Origin: Thalia democratica
Lineage: Eukaryota
Assembly: GCA_965202585.1 (NCBI GenBank)
Contig: OZ241833.1
Location: forward strand, 31,124,001-31,188,000
Length of the DNA stretch: 64,000 bases
Direction of reading: 5' to 3'
A program made the position numbers and the translations under genes. Shown in pieces: positions 33,998 to 45,900 of the stretch (positions are counted from its first letter, which is position 1; each line of letters begins with the position of its first letter). Below the pieces are notes generated by a model that made no database searches, was not told the DNA's origin, and saw nothing but the letters and a program-made list of their open reading frames with translations.

Positions 33998-36900
33998 CTG
34001 TTGTAAAAAAGTAGTAATTAGTATGACGTTACATAAAACTTTCTGCTAACAGGTTTGTTTATGATAATTTTAAATTTAAAAGAAAGTTTACATTTATAAC
34101 TGAGTCGTTTGAATTACAATAATTAAGTACTTTTGACCAAAATAACACATTGTTAAATAACTTTTTTTTAAATGTTACTGGGAAATAATAGTTATCACTT
34201 TTACAAAGTGTCAGTAACAAAAATATTTGCTTTAACAAAAATATTATTTTTAACTTTTAAAAACTATTTTTTGTAATATTTTAAAAATACTTTTAATTTT
34301 GAAAGGAAAAAACATTAACAAAGCTTCCGTAAAATTATAAAACTTAGGCAATTTACACGGGTGATTTAACTTTTTAAACAGACTAGCTGTTAAATTCTAA
34401 CCTCACTTAACAACATTCAAAATTTTGTTATCACACACCAGATACATTTAGTTTTAACTGTTAAACAAACCCTAGCTGTTGTTAAATTTTACTCCTTACT
34501 GTTTTAAATCGTGTAAGATATTAATCCATGGGTCGGCAAACTTTCAAATAGTTAAATATATTTATGTTTTCAATAACCAAAAATTAAGTATTAGTGTTAT
34601 GTTTAAAGGATAATTTAGCACCTAAGTATTTTTGTTGAAAAAATATCTTTAAATATGATTTTTAAAGCACATAAAAAACGTTCCTTTTTTGACCTGCCGA
34701 CCCCTGTATTAATCAATCGACTTTTTATTTCAAAAACTTGTAAAATTATATTTTCAACCTTCCTCACGGCGGTCTGCATCACCACTGCTTCGTTCAGCTG
34801 CACGGCGGCTTTTTCCACGTACTCCTCCGCGTTGCTCACGTTGTGCTCTATCATGTTGATCATTTCCCCCTGTGACGTAACAAAGACGTTTTGAGATAAG
34901 TGCAAAATTTGTTAATTTATTTTTAACGCACTATCTATACGGTTCAAAATTCACCCGATAAATTTTGAGAACCGCTAACCGATCGAACGTAAGGCATAAG
35001 GGTAACAGTGATAGCGAAAAATAAAAATAGTTAATATAAAATAAATTAACAAAAAAAAAATTGGGTGGATTTTGAACGCGGGTGGATTTTGATAGTATAC
35101 CATCTATACGTTCTCCTCTGAATCACTAGAATCAGAGCATGCAAATTTAATTAAACACTATAAAGATCTTTTGGGTGTGAACATTTATACTTTTTACACG
35201 ACGTGATAAATTGGTGATTGCGTGAAAAAATACAAAAGTGTTTGCATGTTTTTTCCTGGGTTGCACAAAACAGAACGAACACAAACTGTGCCAACATATG
35301 TTGTCAGAATTTTCAGATGTCAACTGTTGAAAACTTATGACTTTATGAGAAAGTAATTTTTCAAATTATAAATGTGAATATTTTAATTTATATGTAAGAT
35401 TTGTTAAAATTGCCTAAATGTTATTGGATGGAATACTTAATTGATTTTTAACCTAAAAAATAGTACATGCTTTAAATAAATAGTGTAAACAAGTAAATCC
35501 TTAAATATGATTTAACTTGTAACAAAATGGCAAAACACACTTTTTTTAAAATTAAAAATCCTCAAAAAACATTTAATAAAAAAAAATTTGCAAACACTTA
35601 AACTACCAAAACCAACTTGCTGTTCGACCATCATGGCCATGTCCATGAACATGTCGTGAAGTTCCCGTATCGAAGTTTCGAGCTTCATTATGTCGTTGTG
35701 TCGAGCCTCGATGTCGTTTAGCGCCTGCCTGCTCTGCTGAGAATCCATCAGTGCCTGTGAGTAAGTGATATTTCTTAACTATTTTCAAATTTGATAGAAA
35801 AATCAAGTACAAAATAAGAAGCTAGTTAAATCTTGTTCTCAGGATGACTTGGTGCATGAAGATTTGCATAGTCCGAAACATATGCAAATTAGTGTGTTTT
35901 TAATTGAGTATATGTCATTAACAGGAACTTTTAAAATGGGCGATATTACTCCTTAGGGTCAAATTGAGAGGGTGAACAATATTGAGTTTATCAAACACTA
36001 GTTAAAAAAACTTGGAAAAAACAAGCTCGTAAAAAGTTATATTGAAAGAAAAACTTACAATTTCCTTTTGCCAAATATTTTATCCACAACATTTTAACCT
36101 TCGGTTTAGACTTAAAAAATAATTGATAATCTCTTTACCACTAAATTACAAAACAATAACATATAAACGGTTTTAAAAAACTAAAAAATATATCATTGCT
36201 CAAGTAAGTAAGTGTGTAAATGAGAAATTGAATTGTTATAGTGATGAGTCCAAAAATAATGTTTTTTTTAATCTCTTTATTTTTTCTACAGTTACTAAAA
36301 AAACCACTTGATTAAAACTAACAAGTCCACTAAAAAGTTCAACATTTCCTTACTAATTTTAAAACAAATAAAATAATATATTTATAATAAACTAACAAGT
36401 CCACTAAAAACTCCAACATTTCCCTCCTGATTATAAAACAAATAAAATAATATATTTATAATAAACTAACAAGTCCACTAAAAACTCCAACATTTCCTTA
36501 CTGATTTTAAAGCAAATGAAATAATATGTTTATAATAAACTAAAAAGCCCACTAGGAACATTTCCTTTCTAATTTTAAAACAAATATAATAATATATTTG
36601 TTATAAATTAACAAGTCCACTAAAAAAATTTCCTTCTTGATTTTAAAACAAATAAAATAATATATTTATAATCAACTAACAAGTCCACTGAAAACTCCAA
36701 CATTTCCCTCCTGATTTTTCTCCAGCATTTCTTCAACTTGTTCATCGTCCATCTGCGTTCCTGTTATATTTTTTTTTATTAACTACATATTTTATTTAAA
36801 ATCTGACGAAAAGTTTTGAAGATTTTACTGCTTTACAACTTTTTCATGCTTTCGCAACGATCACAAGCAAATAAACTATATTTAATTATTATATCTTATT

Positions 36901-39900
36901 TATACTGACCTATTGCCAAATAAATTAATTATATATTCATTTATAAGATGTAACATTAAAAGGCGTTAAATCCTGGAGATCGTGATAAGCTAAGCTTATA
37001 TATATATATATATATATATATGTAAGTGGTATATATTTATTTATATAAATTTACTATTTCTGCCTACCAGTTTAATGTTTACTAATATTTACATTAACCT
37101 GTCATTTTCAATTTTAAATGATACATAACACCTCATACTAATTTATACGTACAATTTGTATGTACAACAGTCTTACACAGGTGTAAATTATCATACTATC
37201 TTAGATTGGTTAAAACTTATATACGTTAAAATATTAACTTATAGTAACGTGATACTTCCGATATTTTTTATACAAAGCAATATAGACTAATTTATACCTG
37301 TAAAATAAATAAATAAATAAATATATATATATATGTTAATACCAACCGGTAATCTCAAGCTGCCTCCTGATCCTCTCCTTGCACTTTCTCCTGTGGTCCT
37401 GCTGCACGATGTTGTATGACGTCATAGTGGATATGAACTTCCTGGACAGCATGGCGTGCTGAAAATAATAGTAAGAATAAATATATATTTAATTAAATAT
37501 ATATGTTTATGAATAATAATATAAGACGTCCACTTTTGCTTGTCTGAATTAATAACTTGTTTTTTACAACTTTCGTTAATATTTAATTTATTGTTTCTAA
37601 ATTGACAAAACAAAAAGTGTTTTTATACTCTTATTCATCTATTAATTTATATATAAAAATACAAAGGTTTTTTTTTCAAAACGTTTTTATTACACTTTTT
37701 TTAATATATCTTGCTGATGGTATGAAAAAAAAGTGTAAAGTATGAGAACATTCTTTAACTGCACAAAAAGTTTACAAAAAAAATCAAGCAGCTGCTTACT
37801 TGCGTACAATAAAAAATAACTAGAATTTTTTTTAAATCCAAATATCAATGAAAAAATTGGAATGTCGTTGAACTTAATCCAGTTTAATAAACGCACCGAT
37901 TGTTTTATACTTACTAATGAAATTTATTAGATTTGTAAAAATTTAGACTTTATTGTTCTTATAAAAACTACAACTAGTAAACTATTGATTTTGGTATCCA
38001 AAAAAGTCCGAGCTTGGTATTGATCGTGCTTGTAAAGAAGTATAACAAGCAAGTTTATGACATCAAAAAGACATTACTTAAAAAAATTGTGTTAGCAAGG
38101 TTTGATCATACCAATTCGATCATCAGACCACAACCCTTCGCTAGACTGAGACCCGGGTTTCGCTCTTGTTTAAACTCGTCAGTCAGCCGCAACCGAAAAA
38201 CTTGCAGTCGTCAATTTACAAACAGTTTATCATGTTTCACCATGACTGCAAGGTTTTGGTTGCAGCTGACTGACGAGTTTAAATAAGAGCGAAACCCGGG
38301 TCTCAGTCTCCCGAAGGGTTGTGGTCTGATGATCGAACTGGTATGATCAAACCTTGTTAACATCATTTTTTTAAGTAATGTCTTTTTGATGTCATAAACT
38401 TGTTTGGCTTGTGATCTGATGATCGAATTGGTATGATCATCCTACTTAACTTGAGCTTGTCTCGGGGCATAAGAAACTCCAGGCTTAGATTCTGTAGACT
38501 CCGATGTTTTCTTCAAAAAAAATAAACTACACTGATAGAAAATGTTTTGTTCTTAATCAAACTAAAATTCTTTCGAGCTTTTACGTCTAAAAAAAATTAA
38601 ACTTGGTATTGACCTTCGTTGAAACAAACAACAAAGAAACTGACATAACAATTACTTTTATTTGAAAATCCGTGAACTATGCCCACCTTTCGGCATTGTT
38701 GGGTTCAAGCTACCCCTGTCTGCTGCCAACAGTTGAACTTTTTCCTATATTTGTATTCTGGAAAAAGAACCGCGCGCACGTTGGCACCGAATCATGTTTG
38801 ACAAACCAAAACCGAACTCTTTTTCTGCAAACAAACTCAAAATATTTAAAACTGCAGGCGGTGATAGTTCCTTTTCAAGCTCATGACTCAATTAGCGGCC
38901 TCATTATTTATACAAGTCTATTTTTAAATATTTCTTTATTTAAATAAACCGCTACTGATATCACAAGATGCAAACTGGAGTATCAGAATAAAATTTATAA
39001 ATTACAACTGGTGCAGACTTCGCTTTCCCCTACTTTTTATGATAGAAAAAATATTGGTTTGACAAACAAAACACTTTTCTGCAGTTAAACTCGAAAACTT
39101 CGAACTTTAATATCTAAATCCGATTAAAATTAAATTTCAAACTTATAACACGACCTGCAACCAAATACAAGCCGAAACGTTTTTACATTCGTTTTTACTT
39201 TCATCAAATCTTTTTTTTTTATATCATCAGATAAAAACAACCGTAACAAGACGGCGTTGGAAATCAACAGAAATTGCGACTAATGCGAAATTATTTCGCA
39301 GCCAATGGGGAATTAGTATCGATTCGCACTTTTCCGTGCATTGGCATCAGCGTAACATATGTTGGCCTTTGAAAATGTTTTTATTAATAAATACTTTCTG
39401 TGTGCTAAATTTCGTGAATGTTTTTTATCAATAAAAACTTCAAACTTCTGTGTGCCTTTACAATTTGTATTTTTGTTTTAAACGTTTTAATAAACTGAGT
39501 GTTGTAAATGTTTTTAGTGTTTCTTTATGAATATTTTTTTATTAATAAATGATTTGGGTGCAATTTTGTAAACATTTTTAAATCAATAAATGTTTTAGTA
39601 AATGCCTTTATAAACGTTTTATACTAATAAGTGACTTCAATATTAAATTTGATAAATGGTTTTAAACTAACATATATTTCGGTGCACTAAATTTTGTAAA
39701 TGATTTTATGTAAATAAATATTTCAGTGTGTTAAATTTCAGTTGTAATCTTGTTTTGGAACTGAACAATTAACAATAGTTGTATATACTATTTTTAACAA
39801 TATAACTTTAAACAAATAGTGTAAATTTGTTTGTATGTGTGAAGCCTTTATACTAATAAATGTTTTCTGTAAGCTTAATTTGTATATGTTTTTAATTAAT

Positions 39901-42900
39901 ATGTTCAGTGTTTCATTATAAATGTTTTTAAATTAATAAATTGTTTCAATATTATACTTTATAAATGATTTATGATAATAAATGTTTCAGCGTTGCTTAA
40001 TTTTGTAAATGTTTTTAATCAATAAGCGTGTTAAGGGTGCTAAATTTTAGTGGTAGTTGTAACATGCTTTGAAACTGAACAAACAGTGGACAGATAAGTG
40101 TTTGTTATTTTTAACTATGTTAAATTTAAAGTTAAGTTGTGAAACTATAATAAATACAAAAACACCACAAAATACGAAAAGTCATTTGAAGAGTACAAAA
40201 AAATGATAAGTTTTATTTATTAAAACTTTGTGTAAAGTATTATAATTATCTAAACAACTCATTTTTATTACTGTATCATGTAACTAATGCCAATAAAAAG
40301 TTATAAAACTTTACAACAAAAGAATTTAAAAAGAAAAAAATGTGTAAAGAACCTGATTATAAACATTTTTTTTATTATTGACTTCAAACACTACTTTTAA
40401 ATTTCTTTTTTTATACTATAACTAAACAAAACTCTTCTATAAAATTATTATTTTTCAGCAAATCAACAGAGTTCTATAAACAGACAAAACATTTTAGATG
40501 TATACAAAAACCCAACTAGTATTATTAAAACTAGATAAAATATTCGATCTAAATAAAAATTATGCAACACATTTAAAAATCAACACGTTGCGTTAATATT
40601 TAATAAGCACATCAAAATTATAAACAAAATAAAAATAATAATACAAAAAAATAAACTAGTCATCTAATAAAAAAATTCAAGTGTTAGAACCGACTTCAAC
40701 CCAGAAAAAATATTTTGTTTAACTTAATATTTTCAATAAAATGTTTTTCAAAGCTAAAGTTCATTAAAATCAAAACATCACAACAATACTCGCTGTTTCG
40801 AAAAACATATGAGCAAATAATATGGCGTTTATTAGGTCACAATCAGATCCGGTTGCGTCACAACGCGAAGAGTTACCAGGGAAAATATTGATTTCCATGG
40901 TAACGACTGCGTGGCAACGACTCTCTCCATGACAACGAAATGTTCGATTCTCTACGACTTGTTTTTGTTTTACTTGGTTAACTTTGCAGTTTTGTTTGTT
41001 CTCTATTTATACAGAGTCTCTTTTTTTTTTCTTGAGTTAAAAAAGTAATTACGAAAACTCTCTTTTATGAGCTGCCGTGTAAAAAGATTCACGCTTTCAA
41101 TTAATTTTTTGATGGTTTACTGCATTACAAAGGAGTTAGGTAAATGCTAAGCTCTTTCTAGTAATGTTCGACTTATTAACTTAACAACTGAAATTATCTT
41201 TTCTTCGCTGATACACAAGTGTATTTAAAAAAAAACATTGCAAAACAAATAGACGTAACTTTTACTGTATTAGTCGATTATTGTTGATTTAATTATTAAA
41301 AAAAAGTTTGAAAACTCATATGTTTAATGCTGAATAAATATAAAATTAGTTATTCACAATACTAAATAAACACATTTTATGTCAGATAGTTTATATGTTT
41401 TTAAAATAGGCTAATTTTTTTAATCCATGTTTAATACAAACAAAAAACACAAGTAAGTTTTGCCAAACTGATTTAAGCAACTCTTTTTTTTATGCTGTCT
41501 TATAACATCACATTTTTTACTTCATACATGTTCAAATACTTATATTATTTTACTTCATAGATAGCTTATAATTTACTGTCAAAATGTAATAAAAGTCAAG
41601 AGAAATTTGAATTAAATTGCAGTAAGTTTCAGAGGAATATAAAAGCAATAATAATTTTAAAGCAACGAAAAATAAAAGTTTGATGTTTAATATGATGCAA
41701 TATAAAAAACAAAACTTTAAAATTGAAACAAAATCGAGAAATTAAATATATAATAAAACATTTAATCCTACACATCAAAAATTAATCACCTTTCACAGAA
41801 ATAAAATGGAAATTCTTTAAACAAAACTGCCAGGCCTTTGAAATCAAAACTCTTTAAAATGTTTACTTCTTCACCAGTTTATAGATTTTATCTCGAATCA
41901 AAGCATATTGATTTGCCAGAGAAACCGCACAAAAGAAGTGATTGATTTTTTCGATGTTAATTAGAAACATGAACTCGGAACACACAAAATTACTGTCGTC
42001 TATTCCGTACGAAACCATAATAAAGCTTGTATTACAATGTACTTGTCATCGAGAAAAAGCAGAAGATAAATTTCTTAGTTAGAAACAAAATGTGCTCTAA
42101 GAGATAGGTTTTTGTTAGGTTTAGAAAATAGCAATTAAGATTAATTTCATTGTTAAAAATCAATTTGTTAAAAAACGGTGGTAAAAGTCTTGAAATCTTT
42201 AAATTTTCACTTGCTCAAAAAATAATTGTTTTTTGTTTGTGGAGTAACAAAATAATTAAAATAGTATACGGCAAGTGTAACTTAGTTCGGCCAATGATAA
42301 ACTCGATTATACATGAGTTAATATACATCAGCAAAAATTTATATGCTAACTGCTAGTAAGTTAGTATTAGTTTGTAAGTATGCGTTTTTAATAAACAGAG
42401 TTAAGCAAGTTAAGTTTGAATTAAATAAATAATAATAACTTTATCTCCTTTAAACATAAAGTGGTATTATTAAAATAATAAACAAATACAAACAAAACCC
42501 TAAAGTGTAACAATACTTTGTTGTCAAGAACAGACACATGAAGTAAATAACGTACAAGTGTATTTATAACCGAAAAGTCACCTAGATTTTTTTCAGAGTA
42601 TATGCTTCATGAACCACTAGTTTAAAATTTACAGTGACGTACAAGTCACTATTTATATAAGCCATAGAGTTGCTTGGCAAGGAGGTGTTTATACAACTGT
42701 TATTTGTAACTGTTTATATAAAATAAAATCAATTTTAAGGGTAAAGAGAAACAGCTGTTTTTATATATGGATCAAACCGACACGTGGCTTGGCGTAATTA
42801 CATGACTGTTTCACATAAATTCATACGAAGTTTTTACAAATTTCAACTATGATATGAAAAGAGTTATATCAATATATGTATACTCATAAATTAATAAATA

Positions 42901-45900
42901 CATATGCATTAAAACTTATGCTGTGTGTATACATTTATATTCGTAAAGTTTTAGTTTTGTAGTAAAATATTTAATTATTTGTTTTTATTAGTTTAATAAA
43001 CATTGTATAGAAATAACACAAAAAAAAATCGAGTAAAAAGGTTTGTATAAATTGTACTTGTAATATGATAAACTTCATTTTAAGCAAGACAATGAAATTT
43101 ACAGTTTAAATATTAACTATATAACAATGTTAAAAGTATATGGAAAACAAATGCGTAAAAATGTTTAATAAAACCCGGAGCTTACACATAGAAATTATTA
43201 TGCTCATCTTATTTTTTCTTAGAATATGCATTGCATAGCAACAAAATTTTTCAAATCAATCATAGTAACCAAACTTATGACTTCATTCAGTTTAAGGCAT
43301 GTTTCAAAAATACTTTCATTTTGGTATGTCATAATAAAAACACAAGACATTTGAAAAAAAATATGAAAGCTACTTATAAAAACCTCAAAATAAAACCTGA
43401 CCAATCAAAACAATCAAATTGTAGTAATTGTAACCTTTAAAATAAGTTAAGTGCTAATAAACTGTTATTTATAATTTCTTATTTGTATTTTGTTTAGTTC
43501 AATCAACCTTTCGACTTGTATATTCTCATCTAAAGTACATTTTAAGAACATATGCAGGTTGAATGCATAATATATCACTTAATAGTAATTCAAGATTAAA
43601 ACTAAAATACAACAAATCAAAATTGTTTAAATCAAACCTGCGACTTGTAAATCCTTTGTTCTGCAATGACGCTCAGAAAAAATATATTTGTATGAAACAC
43701 TAAACATTATAAAAAAAATATGGAAGTTTAATCAAAACATTATTTAAGTTAAAAAAATCAAGATTAATTTATTTCAATCAAACCTGCGACTTGTAAATCC
43801 TCTGCTCGGCAATGATGCTCAGATCGGTCTGCACGTTCTCCACCTCCCCCTTCATATCCGCCAGCTTGCCCCTCACCTTCTTCGCGTGCCCCGATATCCC
43901 GCTCATCGCCGCCTCCATCTCCTCCCTCGCAACTGTCACGTCATAGATAATTTTACTGTGATGTCATCACAACTATATGTCATGCGTGCTTAAAATAAGC
44001 AACTCTTCATAATGACTTTTTACAATACATACTAGCTGACGGTTACTCTTAGCTGAGTCCAGCTGTGCTTAAAAAAGGACTTTTGACGCTAGCTAAAGAC
44101 AATCTTGTGTGAGCACCAATTGGCAGTTTGCTGTATGACGTCATAGAGAAATGACGAACAACTCTACAGCAGGGTTGGTGAAAAACCCTTTTCACACCCT
44201 TCCGTTGAAAAAATTTCAGAAGCACTGTTTTAGATGCAAAATGAGATTAAATACTTATCGTTATTTATTTAAAAACTTAACAACTGCATTGTCTGCAGTT
44301 TAGAAAACTTTCAAGCAATTACTTTGTTTTGGGCCAAAACTAAAATTTTACCACCACCATGATAAAAGTCAATAAAGATAAGAAGCGAAGGTTTATTTTC
44401 AAAATTCTGTGAAAGTTTTTGGTGTCGTTTTGAATGTTTCTTTATTTTTTCTAACGATGAAAATATCAAGCACTACTCAATATTTCAAAAGTATCACGCA
44501 AACTTGTAAACGATTCAAACACTTATAATAACTGAAAAAGACTGTGTTAAATTAAATTTGTAAGACACTATAGATATCATAAAAGGTAAAGATCTGAAAT
44601 AACGTTGCAACGTATTTATTTCGAAGAGTATCTTAAAATATTGCTATACCATGAACAATTTCTTACTGGTATGTTTGAATTCTTGCTAAATAAAAATTTG
44701 ATAAATGATTTATTTAAGCATTTGTATGAAGATTAAAAATTGAAACCAATTATTTAATAAAAAAAATTGTACCTCAAACTGTTGCTAATTTTTAGGTTAA
44801 ATTGAAACATTTATTAAAGTTTGGAGAAAAGGTATAAAGTTTTAAACGTGCACCTTAATTAAAACATTAGAACTAATTAGCAATTGAGATATTTCAATGA
44901 TAACCAATGCTAACTTTTAGGTTAAAATTTAACTTCAATAGAAATACTATTTAAAATGTAGAGAAAGGGACACGTTTTAACATTCGTACTTTTTAATTGA
45001 AAATCTGAGCCGAAAAGTCAACAAAAATTTATACGTGTCAAACCGCTTCCAACTTGTAGGTCAAGCTTAAATACTAATTGAAACATGGAGAAATGCACTT
45101 CTAACACATAAATAGAAGCAGGGATACATTTTAACACTTTCAACATCTAGGCACGTCAAGCTGAAAAATGGAACGCAATTCAACTGTTTTCACCTTAACA
45201 ATTTGAAATGCGTGCGTAGGCATTTACGCAGTAATAACTCCCATTAAACAAATACAAGCCAACTTTTACAAATTTTCGAGCGTTCTTTTGTTGTTTGCAG
45301 TAATCAATTTTTTTTTTCAAACCTTCAAGGTCTTTCAGATTACCAGCAGTTGTTTGAAAGATTGGTTTCAGTTTTGTGCAAAGTTTTAAACAAATACAAA
45401 CACGCTTTTTAAACGCTTGCTGTTTGTAATGTAAAACCGTTTTTAAATTCACATTTTCATGCTTAATAAAAACTAAATTACTGTTATTTTATGTATAAAA
45501 CAATTAAGTACAAAGAATTCAAACATAGGCGAAGTTTAAGGATATCTAAACGTATTATCTTTTTTTTTTCTCTACAAAAAAATTAAAATTAGAAGAAAAA
45601 ACTTTTAAGGCCAACTTAAAAATTTTACCAAACCAGTTATAATTGAAAAGTTAATCAAAGTATAAAAAAAACGAAACAAGACGCTTATAAAAACTAATTA
45701 AAACTTGTTTCATTTTTGTAACCACAATTACTAAACTAACAACAGAATTTTTTATTACTACACTTTTCAAATTATACCACAAAAACAAGATGTTTAAAAA
45801 GCTATGAAAACTATGAAGTTATTATGAAAACTAGCAAACAACATAAACTGTCGTACTCTACATGTATAAAGTTGGAAAATGGCCCCCTTTAAAGAAATAA

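Larger units (their letters stand above)
38047..38506. mobile_element. Palindromic element (~160-bp arms, ~30-bp spacer) with a hammerhead in each arm, plus an extra arm fragment
   Basis: ~38047-38211 is the reverse complement of ~38243-38406; 38410-38506 repeats the family terminus seen at 21800-21905. Confidence 0.82.

Noticed and set aside
36312-36716. CRISPR-like array
   Set aside because: Eukaryotic context; units are full tandem repeats without unique spacers.
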